Assembly (NCBI GenBank): GCA_017937135.1
Contig: JAGBEE010000020.1
Coordinates: 142,296-206,295 of the forward strand
Source: Clostridia bacterium
GTDB taxonomy: Bacteria > Bacillota > Clostridia > Oscillospirales > CAG-272
Reading direction: 5' to 3'
DNA length: 64,000 nt
Below are positions 30,921 through 39,446 of the stretch, one piece after another. The notes beneath the pieces were generated by a model. The model did not search any database. It was not told the DNA's origin and saw nothing but the letters and a program-made list of their open reading frames with translations. How positions within the stretch are numbered: the first letter of the stretch is position 1; the number at the start of each line of letters is the position of its first letter. The position numbers were made by a program, and so were the translations under genes.

Positions 30921-31487
30921 TCATAACTCCATTTTTGGTTTTAACACTGTGATATATGTTATTGAATACTTAGCTTTTTTATAAATCTCAAATTTTGATT
31001 CAAGCTCTTTATCACCAGAAAATATATCTTCCTTACCACTTTCACAAATAACAAATGCGTCAGGTGCGAGGACATTTGAATTATAAAGCTTATTTAATAC
31101 ATCTTCTATACAATTCAATTTATATGGTGGGTCTATAAACACAATATTATATTTTTCTTTATTCTCAATCCCCTTGATCATTTGAGAATAATCACATGTA
31201 GAAATTCTACACTTATCAAAAAGTCGAGATTTTTTTGCATTCTTAATAACTATTTCTACTGCCTCTCGTGAAACATCACAAAATGTTGCTTTTTTTGCGC
31301 CTCTACTAAGTGCTTCTAAGCCCATTTGTCCACTTCCAGCAAATAAATCAAGAACTGTGGTGCCTTCTATATCAAATTGAATCATGGAAAAAACTGCTTC
31401 CTTAACTCTTTGAGATGTAGGTCTTGTCGCTTCTCCCTCAAGAGTTTCAAGATTCATTCCCTTTGCAATTCCTGTTATGATTTTCAT
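30921..31487 (-). CDS. rsmD: 16S rRNA m2G966 methyltransferase
   Basis: VLDLFAGSGQMGLEALSRGA SAM loop, FIDPPY motif, conserved rsmD-coaD pairing. Confidence 0.9.
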   Translation of the reverse strand: MKIITGIAKGMNLETLEGEATRPTSQRVKEAVFSMIQFDIEGTTVLDLFAGSGQMGLEALSRGAKKATFCDVSREAVEIVIKNAKKSRLFDKCRISTCDYSQMIKGIENKEKYNIVFIDPPYKLNCIEDVLNKLYNSNVLAPDAFVICESGKEDIFSGDKELESKFEIYKKAKYSITYITVLKPKMEL

Positions 31488-31494
31488 AAATACC

Positions 31495-33339
31495 TCAATT
31501 ATTCTTTAAATATTCAAACACTCGTTGAGCGTCTTTTTCACCAATTCCCTTAACCATTGATATTTCTTTAACGCTTGCTTCTTTAAGCGCAGAAAGAGTT
31601 TTAAAATGAGACAAAATTTTTCTTGCTTTCAATGACCCAATTCCATCTATATTTTCAAGAGAAGATTTTTTTAGTGTTTTCCTTTTAGCATTATCCATTT
31701 TTGAAACAGAAAATCTATGGACCTCTTCTTGTAGCTTATAAACAAAAACAAATACAGACTGTTCCTTTGCTATACTTATCTCTTCCTTATCAGTAACTAT
31801 CGTTCTTGTTTTATGATGCTCATCCTTGACCATACCAAAAACAGGAATATCTATTCCTAATTTTAAAAACAATTCCTTTATTACCCCAACGTGAGTCATT
31901 CCACCATCAAGAAATATTAAATCAGGTAGTTTTGAAAAGCTTCCATTTTCATCTTTTAAATGCTCTATTCTTCGAGAAATCACCTCTCTCATAGCTGAAT
32001 AGTCATCTGCGCCATTTTGATTTTTTATTTTAAAAACGCGATAGTCACTCTTTAAAAGCTTACCATTTTCGCTAACTATCATTCCTGCTGTTATGTGCTC
32101 GTTTCCAAGATTTGATATATCGTATGCTTCTATTCTTTGAGCCACACTTTCGAGTCCTAACATTTGTGAAAGCTTAATTAAAACCTTTGTATCCTGCTCT
32201 GCCTTAAGTTTATACTGACTGGCTTGCTCCTTTGCATTATTGTATACCATATCACAAAGTTTTTTTGTATCTCCCTTTTGCGGTATTCTAATTTTAACCG
32301 CCCTCTTTGCAACATTTCTTAAATATTCTTGAAGGAGCAAAAGCTCATTTTCCTCATAATTAAACCCTAATAATATTTCCTTTGGAATATATTCACGTTT
32401 TGAGTAAAGCTCAGATATAAAAGGTGTTAAATAATCATAATTATTTTCATAAGTAAGCTCATTTGCTCCATAAACAAAATTATCGCTATCTGATATGATT
32501 CCGCTTCGTATATAAAACACCGATATACAGGTTGTAAAATTATCGCTATATACATTTATTATATCGTATTCATCATCAGGAGCTCCGACAACCTTTTGTC
32601 CATCTCTCAATCGCTTTAAGGCTTCTATACCATCTCGACATCTAGCAGCATCCTCGTATTTTTCGTTTTCCGAAAAATCATACATTTGCTCTGTTAATGA
32701 TGCTACTGCCTCTTTTATATTGCCTCTCAATACATTCGAGGCACACTGCATCATTTTGTAATAATCTTGTTGAGATATTGTATTATCACATGGTGCAACA
32801 CATCTTCCCATTTGCTTATATATACACGGGCGTGTCTTGCCAATATCCTTTGGAAAGCTTCTTTTACAGGTTGGTATTCCAAGTGAACGCTCTAACACAC
32901 CAATAACATTATATACAACCGATGCTCCTGAATATGGGCCAAAATATTTTGCTCCATCCAAAATCCTTTTTCTTGTCATACTAAGTCTTGGATATTCTTC
33001 ATTCATTGTCAACTTTATATATGGATATGATTTTCCATCCTTCAAAAGTATATTATATTTTGGTGTGTATTGCTTTATTTTAACATTTTCAAGTGCAAGC
33101 GCTTCGATTTCAGTATCACACAATATAGTTTCAAAATCATTAACCTGTGAAACCATTCGTATTGTTTTAAGATTTGCATCCAATGGCAAATGGAAGTACT
33201 GTGAAACACGATCCTTTAATGAACGTGATTTTCCCACATAAATGACCTTGTTGCTTTTATCCCTCATTATATACACTCCAGGTGTTTGTGGTAAAGAAGA
33301 GGACTTTTTTCTCAAATACTCTATTCTTTCACTATTCAT
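31495..33339 (-). CDS. uvrC: excinuclease ABC subunit C (614 aa from ATG 33339)
   Basis: GIY-YIG N-terminus (PGVYIMRDKSNKVIYVGKS), UVR domain, C-terminal HhH (GIGSLKARKIL). GGAGG SD lies before 33339. Confidence 0.95.
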   Translation of the reverse strand: MNSERIEYLRKKSSSLPQTPGVYIMRDKSNKVIYVGKSRSLKDRVSQYFHLPLDANLKTIRMVSQVNDFETILCDTEIEALALENVKIKQYTPKYNILLKDGKSYPYIKLTMNEEYPRLSMTRKRILDGAKYFGPYSGASVVYNVIGVLERSLGIPTCKRSFPKDIGKTRPCIYKQMGRCVAPCDNTISQQDYYKMMQCASNVLRGNIKEAVASLTEQMYDFSENEKYEDAARCRDGIEALKRLRDGQKVVGAPDDEYDIINVYSDNFTTCISVFYIRSGIISDSDNFVYGANELTYENNYDYLTPFISELYSKREYIPKEILLGFNYEENELLLLQEYLRNVAKRAVKIRIPQKGDTKKLCDMVYNNAKEQASQYKLKAEQDTKVLIKLSQMLGLESVAQRIEAYDISNLGNEHITAGMIVSENGKLLKSDYRVFKIKNQNGADDYSAMREVISRRIEHLKDENGSFSKLPDLIFLDGGMTHVGVIKELFLKLGIDIPVFGMVKDEHHKTRTIVTDKEEISIAKEQSVFVFVYKLQEEVHRFSVSKMDNAKRKTLKKSSLENIDGIGSLKARKILSHFKTLSALKEASVKEISMVKGIGEKDAQRVFEYLKNN

Positions 33340-33360
33340 AATACCTCCTTTATAGAAATA

Positions 33361-33383
33361 GGCGACAGTCAAAGACTATCGCC
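33361..33383 (-). terminator. hairpin after ptsH (weak terminator or attenuator before uvrC)
   Basis: 10-bp stem with one mismatch, loop aaa. Only a weak U-tract follows. Confidence 0.35.
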
Positions 33384-33398
33384 CTACTATGTAAAAAA

Positions 33399-33668
33399 CT
33401 AGTCGCAATTATCAAGCCCTGTTAAAATGAGCTTCTCAAGGCCATCCAATGCCTCTTTCTCGTCGTCTCCATCAGCTATAAGAGTAACAACTGTTCCCTT
33501 AACTATGCCCATTGAAAGAACTCCGAGTAGGCTTTTCGCATTTACTCTTCTATCATCCCTTCCGATCCAAACAGAAGATTTATAAGAATTTGCTTTTTGG
33601 ATAAAGAATGTAGCAGGTCTTGCATGTAAGCCAACAACATTTACGACAGTAACTTCACGTGATAACAT
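33399..33668 (-). CDS. ptsH: phosphocarrier protein HPr
   Basis: His15 context VGLHARPA and Ser46 context NAKSLLGVLSMG, 89 aa. Confidence 0.9.
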   Translation of the reverse strand: MLSREVTVVNVVGLHARPATFFIQKANSYKSSVWIGRDDRRVNAKSLLGVLSMGIVKGTVVTLIADGDDEKEALDGLEKLILTGLDNCD

Positions 33669-33712
33669 AAAAATCTCCTTGTAGATCAGGCTGAATTGAT
33701 AAATATGTTAGA

Positions 33713-33741
33713 ATTATAGCAAATTTTTTTATAAAAATCAA
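33713..33741 (-). promoter_or_regulatory. sigma-A promoter for ptsH
   Basis: Minus strand: TTGATT, 17 nt, TATAAT. Confidence 0.5.
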
Positions 33742-33860
33742 TAGTTTTTTTAATTTTATTTGTTTTTTATATTTTTGAATAATATTTTTATGTATTTTAT
33801 ATAAAATTTTAACATATATATACAAATATTTAACTTATTCTCTATTTTTTTTAATTTCAC

Positions 33861-33889
33861 TTGAAATCTAAATAAAAATATTATATAAT
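33861..33889 (+). promoter_or_regulatory. sigma-A promoter for glyQS
   Basis: TTGAAA, 17 nt, TATAAT, about 60 nt upstream of the ATG. Confidence 0.55.
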
Positions 33890-33950
33890 AAATAAAATTA
33901 TTTTATTACAACTGATTTCACTTGACTTTTCAGTTTGAAAGGATTTTTAA

Positions 33951-35342
33951 ATGAACAATACAGAAAAAACAATGGAAAAAATCGTTGCTCTTTGCAAAAC
34001 AAGAGGCTTTGTATACCCAGGTTCAGAAATTTATGGAGGCTTAGCTAACTCTTGGGACTTTGGTCCTCTTGGTGTTGAATTCAAAAACAACATTAAAAAA
34101 GCTTGGTGGAAAAAATTCGTTACAGAATCAAAGTATAATGTAGGTCTTGATAGTGCTATTTTGATGAATCCTCAGGTTTGGGTCGCTTCAGGTCACGTTG
34201 GTGGCTTCTCTGACCCTCTTATGGACTGCAAGCAATGTAAAACAAGACATCGTGCTGATAAGCTTATTGAGGATTGGGCTGCGCAAAATAATGATAGCAC
34301 AAATCCCGCTTCAATGTCTAATGAAGAAATGTTCAATTTCATAAAAGAACATAAGATAGTATGCCCTTCTTGTGGTAGTGGTGATTTTACAGATATTAGA
34401 AAGTTTAACCTTATGTTCAAAACATTCCAAGGCGTTACTGAAGACTCCACCTCCGAGCTTTATCTTCGCCCAGAAACTGCACAGGGTATTTTTGTAAACT
34501 TTAAAAACATTGCAAGAACAACTCGCAAAAAGCTACCGTTTGGTGTGGGACAAATTGGTAAATCATTTAGAAACGAAATTACTCCTGGAAACTTTATCTT
34601 CCGTATTCGCGAGTTTGAGCAAATGGAACTTGAATTTTTCTGCAAGCCTGGCACTGATCTTGAATGGTTTGCATACTGGAAGGAATATTGTGCAAATTTC
34701 CTTTATAATCTTGGCATTAAAAAGGAAAATCTTCGTTTACGCGACCATGATAAAGAAGAGCTTTGCTTCTATTCAAAAGCTACTACTGACTTTGAATATA
34801 TGTTCCCATTCGGTTGGGGCGAGCTTTGGGGTATTGCTGACCGTACAGATTATGACCTCACACAGCATGCAAATCTCTCTGGCGAAAATATGGAATACTT
34901 TGATGCTGAAACTAATGAAAAATACATTCCTTATGTTATAGAGCCTTCTCTTGGTGCAGATAGAGTAACTCTTGCCTTCCTTGTAGAAGCATATGATGAA
35001 GAAGCTGTTGGTGATGGCGATGTTCGTACGGTTCTTCACTTCCACCCTGCATTAGCTCCTTTCAAGGCAGCAGTTCTTCCTCTTTCTAAAAAGCTTTCCG
35101 AAAAGGCAGGCACTATTCAAGAGGATTTGTCAAAATATTTTAGCGTTGACTTTGACGAAACAGGCTCTATCGGTAAAAGATATCGTCGTCAAGACGAAAT
35201 TGGTACCCCATTCTGTATCACATATGACTTTGAGTCTGAAAATGATGGTTGCGTAACAGTTCGTGACAGAGATACAATGGAGCAAGTAAGAATTCCAATA
35301 TCTGAGCTTAAAGCCTTTATTGAAGAAAAATTACAATTTTAA
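33951..35342 (+). CDS. glyQS: glycyl-tRNA synthetase (alpha2 type)
   Basis: 463 aa. Class II motifs [11 protein letters not shown] and FRNEITP, plus a C-terminal anticodon-binding domain. Confidence 0.95.
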   Translation: MNNTEKTMEKIVALCKTRGFVYPGSEIYGGLANSWDFGPLGVEFKNNIKKAWWKKFVTESKYNVGLDSAILMNPQVWVASGHVGGFSDPLMDCKQCKTRHRADKLIEDWAAQNNDSTNPASMSNEEMFNFIKEHKIVCPSCGSGDFTDIRKFNLMFKTFQGVTEDSTSELYLRPETAQGIFVNFKNIARTTRKKLPFGVGQIGKSFRNEITPGNFIFRIREFEQMELEFFCKPGTDLEWFAYWKEYCANFLYNLGIKKENLRLRDHDKEELCFYSKATTDFEYMFPFGWGELWGIADRTDYDLTQHANLSGENMEYFDAETNEKYIPYVIEPSLGADRVTLAFLVEAYDEEAVGDGDVRTVLHFHPALAPFKAAVLPLSKKLSEKAGTIQEDLSKYFSVDFDETGSIGKRYRRQDEIGTPFCITYDFESENDGCVTVRDRDTMEQVRIPISELKAFIEEKLQF

Positions 35343-35344
35343 TG

Positions 35345-35373
35345 TTGACAAAATAAAATATTAGTGTTAAAAT
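35345..35373 (+). promoter_or_regulatory. sigma-A promoter of the ileS leader
   Basis: TTGACA, 17 nt, TGtTAAAAT (extended -10). Confidence 0.65.
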
Positions 35374-35384
35374 TACTATATATT

Positions 35385-35606
35385 AAAAACTATGACGGAG
35401 ACAGTAATATTTAGCCAAAGCCTAAGCGAGTCGGTGATGGTGCAAGACCGATGCGATTAACTAAATACGAATATCACTCCTGAGTTTCATGGCGAATTAA
35501 GTAGTCATTGACGGTTTCTCTCCGTTAAAAGAGACGCATATGATTGTATGTCGAATAGGTGGTAAACGATTTTTTCTCGTCCTGTTCATACAGGGCGAGA
35601 TTTTTC
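35385..35606 (+). promoter_or_regulatory. T-box riboswitch leader, Ile specifier (AUC)
   Basis: Stem I has AGTA and GAA elements. Candidate specifier ATC at 35473-35475 is followed by A. Distal AGCGAG...GGTGCAAG motifs are present. T-box core AATAGGTGGTAAACG lies at 35554-35568. Terminator tctcgtcctg/cagggcgaga at 35575-35600 is followed by T5. Confidence 0.88.
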
Positions 35607-35630
35607 ATTTATTTAAGAAAGGATTTCAAA

Positions 35631-38600
35631 ATGTACAACAAGGTTTCTACTAATCTCAATTTTGTTGAAAGAGAAAAAGCAACAGAACAATTTTGGAAGG
35701 ACAATGCTATTTTTGAAAAAAGCATAAAAATGCGTGAAAATTCTCCATCATATACCTTCTATGATGGCCCTCCAACAGCCAATGGTAAGCCACATATAGG
35801 CCACGTTCTTACTCGTGTTATAAAGGATATGATTCCAAGATATAGAACAATGAAGGGTTATATGGTTCCAAGAAAGGCTGGTTGGGATACCCATGGTTTA
35901 CCAGTTGAGCTTGAGGTTGAAAAGCTTCTTGGCTTAGATGGTAAAGAGCAAATCGAGCAATACGGCTTAGAGCCATTTATTGCAAAATGTAAAGAAAGCG
36001 TATGGAAATACAAGGAAATGTGGGAGGATTTCTCATCAACTGTCGGCTTTTGGGCTGATATGGAACATCCTTATGTAACATATAGCAATAACTTTATTGA
36101 ATCAGAATGGTGGGCACTTAAGCAAATTTGGAATAAGGGCCTTTTATATAAAGGCTTTAAAATCGTTCCATACTGTCCTCGTTGTGGCACCCCACTATCA
36201 TCCCATGAGGTTGCACAAGGATATAAAACAGTAAAGGAACGCTCTGCAATCGCTAAATTTAAAGTCGCAAATGAAGATGCTTATTTCCTTGTATGGACAA
36301 CCACACCTTGGACGTTGCCTTCTAATGTTGCTCTATGCGTAAACCCACAAGAAAAATATTGCAAGGTTAAGGCTGTTGATGGCTGTACTTATTATATAGC
36401 TGAGCCTTTGCTAAATAAGGTTCTTTCTCCACTTTGTAAAGAAGAAGGTGAAAAAGCTTACGAAATAATAGCTGAATACAGGGGTAAGGACCTTGAATAT
36501 ATGGAATATGAGCCACTTTTTGCGTGCGCTGGAGAAAGTGCTAAAAAGCAGAATAAAAAAGCTCATTTTGTTACCTGTGATACTTATGTAACTATGGAAG
36601 ATGGTACTGGTATAGTTCATATTGCTCCTGCATTTGGTGAGGATGACTCACGAATAGGCAGAAATTACGACCTTCCATTTGTTCAGTTCGTTAATGGTAA
36701 GGGTGAAATGACAGCGGAAACTCCATATTCTGGAATTTTCGTTAAACAAGCAGACCCTCTTGTTCTTAAAGACCTTTCAGAACAAGGAAAACTGTTTGAT
36801 GCACCCAAATTCGAACATGAATATCCATTCTGCTGGAGATGTGATTCTCCACTCATATATTACGCAAGAGAATCTTGGTTTATCAAGATGAGTGCTGTTC
36901 GTGATAATCTTATTAAAAATAACAATACTATTAATTGGATTCCTGAATCTATTGGTAAGGGCCGTTTTGGTGCTTGGATTTCAAATGTTCAAGACTGGGG
37001 ACTTAGCCGAAATAGATATTGGGGTACTCCTCTTAATATTTGGGAATGTGAATGTGGACATAAGCATTCTATCGGCTCTATTGAGGAGCTTAAGTCTATG
37101 TCTGACAATTGCCCAGATAATATTGAGCTTCACCGTCCATTTATTGATAGTGTTACTATAAAATGTGAAAAGTGTGGCGGACAGATGCATCGTGTTCCAG
37201 AGGTAATAGACTGCTGGTTTGACTCTGGAGCTATGCCATTTGCGCAACACCACTATCCGTTTGAAAACAAAGAGCTCTTTGACAAGCAATTCCCTGCTGA
37301 CTTTATTTCTGAGGCTGTTGACCAAACAAGAGGATGGTTCTACTCTCTTCTTGCAATTTCTACTTTAATTTTTAATAAGGCTCCTTATAAAAACGTTATT
37401 GTTTTAGGTCACGTTCAAGATGAAAATGGACAAAAAATGTCAAAATCAAAAGGAAACGCTGTTGACCCATTTGACGCACTTCAAGCCTATGGTGCGGATG
37501 CAATTAGATGGTATTTCTATACAAACTCTGCTCCTTGGCTTCCGAACAGATTCCACGGAAAAGCAGTTATTGAAGGTCAGCGTAAGTTCATGGGCACTCT
37601 TTGGAACACCTATGCATTCTATGTTTTATATGCAAATATAGACAATTTTGATCCTAGTAAATATTCACTTGATAAATGCAAGCTTTCTGTAATGGACAAA
37701 TGGCTTCTTTCAAGAATGAATTCTATGGTTAAGGAAGTTGACCAGTGCCTTGAAAATTATAAAATTCCAGAGGCAGCAAAAGCGCTCGACTCATTTGTTG
37801 ATGAGCTTTCCAACTGGTATGTAAGACGCGGACGTGAAAGATACTGGGCACAAACAATGACTGATGATAAAATCAGCGCTTATATGACTTTATACACTGC
37901 TCTTGTTACAGTTGCTAAGGCAAGCGCTCCTATGATACCATTCATGGCTGAAGATATTTATAGAAACCTCGTATGCAATATATACAAGGATGTTCCAGAA
38001 AGTGTTCACTTATGTGATTTCCCAAAGGTTGATTCTTCTATGATTGATAAAGAGCTTGAGGAAAATATGGATGAACTCCTTAGCATAGTTGTAATGGGTC
38101 GTGCGGCAAGAAACGGTTCTTCCTTAAAAAACCGTCAACCTCTTGCCACTATGTATGTAAAGGCTAAAAAAGAGCTTCCAAATTACTGCATTGAAATTAT
38201 TCAAGATGAGCTTAACATTAAAAATGTTGAGTTCGTTGAGGATATGTCATTATTCTCCTCGTATTCATTCAAGCCACAATTGAAAACAGTAGGTCCTAAA
38301 TATGGTAAATTCCTTGGACAAATAAGAAATCTACTTTCCTCTGTTGATGGTAATGAGGCTAAATCGGAGCTTGATAATACAGGTGCTATTAAATTTAATA
38401 TTGATGGCAACGAAATCGTTCTTACTGAAGAAGATTTACTAATTGATATCAAGCAAAAGGAATCATACTTCTCTGTTTCTGACAAGTACACAACCGTTGC
38501 TCTTGATACAAATCTCACTCCTGAGCTTATTGAGGAAGGATTTGTAAATGAGGTTATCAGTAAGCTTCAAACAATGCGTAAGGATTCAAACTTTGATGTT

Positions 38601-38783
38601 ACAGACCATATAGTTGTTTATGTTGATAAAAACGAAAAGCTCGCTGGAATAATTAAAGATAACGAAGCAGAAATTGCTAAAATTGTTCTTGGTGATAAAT
38701 TTGAATATTCAAGTTCCTTCAATAATTCTAAAGAATGGGATATAAACGGCGAAAAGGTTGTACTTGGAGTGAAAAAAATATAA
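35631..38783 (+). CDS. ileS: isoleucyl-tRNA synthetase, long type-2-like form (1050 aa)
   Basis: FYDGPPTANGKPHIGH (HIGH), KMSKSKGN, CP1 editing domain, CxxC pairs. The true ATG at 35631 follows the T-box terminator; the ORF-track start at 35559 lies inside the leader. Confidence 0.95.
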   Translation: MYNKVSTNLNFVEREKATEQFWKDNAIFEKSIKMRENSPSYTFYDGPPTANGKPHIGHVLTRVIKDMIPRYRTMKGYMVPRKAGWDTHGLPVELEVEKLLGLDGKEQIEQYGLEPFIAKCKESVWKYKEMWEDFSSTVGFWADMEHPYVTYSNNFIESEWWALKQIWNKGLLYKGFKIVPYCPRCGTPLSSHEVAQGYKTVKERSAIAKFKVANEDAYFLVWTTTPWTLPSNVALCVNPQEKYCKVKAVDGCTYYIAEPLLNKVLSPLCKEEGEKAYEIIAEYRGKDLEYMEYEPLFACAGESAKKQNKKAHFVTCDTYVTMEDGTGIVHIAPAFGEDDSRIGRNYDLPFVQFVNGKGEMTAETPYSGIFVKQADPLVLKDLSEQGKLFDAPKFEHEYPFCWRCDSPLIYYARESWFIKMSAVRDNLIKNNNTINWIPESIGKGRFGAWISNVQDWGLSRNRYWGTPLNIWECECGHKHSIGSIEELKSMSDNCPDNIELHRPFIDSVTIKCEKCGGQMHRVPEVIDCWFDSGAMPFAQHHYPFENKELFDKQFPADFISEAVDQTRGWFYSLLAISTLIFNKAPYKNVIVLGHVQDENGQKMSKSKGNAVDPFDALQAYGADAIRWYFYTNSAPWLPNRFHGKAVIEGQRKFMGTLWNTYAFYVLYANIDNFDPSKYSLDKCKLSVMDKWLLSRMNSMVKEVDQCLENYKIPEAAKALDSFVDELSNWYVRRGRERYWAQTMTDDKISAYMTLYTALVTVAKASAPMIPFMAEDIYRNLVCNIYKDVPESVHLCDFPKVDSSMIDKELEENMDELLSIVVMGRAARNGSSLKNRQPLATMYVKAKKELPNYCIEIIQDELNIKNVEFVEDMSLFSSYSFKPQLKTVGPKYGKFLGQIRNLLSSVDGNEAKSELDNTGAIKFNIDGNEIVLTEEDLLIDIKQKESYFSVSDKYTTVALDTNLTPELIEEGFVNEVISKLQTMRKDSNFDVTDHIVVYVDKNEKLAGIIKDNEAEIAKIVLGDKFEYSSSFNNSKEWDINGEKVVLGVKKI

Positions 38784-38786
38784 TTT

Positions 38787-38815
38787 AAAAAGTCGGGAAT
38801 TTACCCGACTTTTTA
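38787..38815 (+). terminator. ileS terminator
   Basis: agtcggg aattta cccgact followed by TTTT. Confidence 0.85.
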
Positions 38816-38875
38816 TCATATTTGTTTTTATATCTTCTCTCAATGCTAAAAGTAAGCACTTTTGCTTGCTCTTTT

Positions 38876-39001
38876 TTATTGAAAAAATCCAAATACGTTA
38901 TAAAGCAAAAATATTATATATACCGCAACTGATACAATTGCAACAAGCGGTATGAAGATGCTTAGCGCATTCGTTACCTGCTTTTTATTTGAATCTCTCA
39001 T
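38876..39001 (-). CDS. 41-aa single-TM micro-protein (hand-called, below the ORF-track cutoff)
   Basis: Translation MRDSNKKQVTNALSIFIPLVAIVSVAVYIIFLLYNVFGFFQ. It starts 11 nt after the DUF3006-like stop, and a hairpin at 38853-38872 plus a U-run follows its stop. Confidence 0.35.
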   Translation of the reverse strand: MRDSNKKQVTNALSIFIPLVAIVSVAVYIIFLLYNVFGFFQ

Positions 39002-39012
39002 TTCGTTCCCCA

Positions 39013-39279
39013 TTATTTGTTTTTATTTCTATTTCTTAATCTTTCAAGTCGCATCCTGTTTTTTGTTAGACGCTCATTTGTTTCTTCAATCAACAATTTA
39101 GGATTTATAAGTACGCCATCCTTTATTTCGGCTTCAACAATAATTCCCATTGTTAATTTATCAATAAAACCCTCGGGCATATTATTTTGATGAAAAGCGA
39201 TCATTTTCTCGTTACATTCAAATACTGCTATTTTTTCACCCTTATGGTTAAAATCTATTCTATCAAGATATATTTTCAT
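39013..39279 (-). CDS. DUF3006-like small protein
   Basis: 88 aa. MKIYLDRIDFNHKGEKIAVFE...MPEGFIDKLTMGIIVEAEIKDG recalls the DUF3006 beta-barrel pattern, followed by a basic C-terminal tail. The family call is from memory. Confidence 0.55.
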   Translation of the reverse strand: MKIYLDRIDFNHKGEKIAVFECNEKMIAFHQNNMPEGFIDKLTMGIIVEAEIKDGVLINPKLLIEETNERLTKNRMRLERLRNRNKNK

Positions 39280-39298
39280 TATATCACCTCTTTATGTA

Positions 39299-39327
39299 AT
39301 TTTACCATATTTAAGCGTTAAAATCAA
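39299..39327 (-). promoter_or_regulatory. sigma-A promoter for the DUF3006-like gene
   Basis: Minus strand: TTGATT, 17 nt, TGgTAAAAT. Confidence 0.5.
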
Positions 39328-39375
39328 TAATTTATTATTTTTTAAACAAATAATAGATATTTTGGTAAAAAATAT

Positions 39376-39404
39376 TTGTTTTTCTATGTTATTTATGTTA
39401 TACT
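39376..39404 (+). promoter_or_regulatory. sigma-A promoter for prfB
   Basis: TTGTTT, 17 nt, TGtTATACT. Confidence 0.45.
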
Positions 39405-39446
39405 ATATGATGAAACTAAATGAACAAAATTTGGAGGATATTTCTC

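Noticed and set aside
35559-35630. The ORF track extends ileS by 24 codons upstream (MVNDFFSSCSYRARFFIYLRKDFK).
   Set aside because: This segment is the T-box core and the terminator hairpin with its T-run. The conserved IleRS N-terminus begins at ATG 35631.
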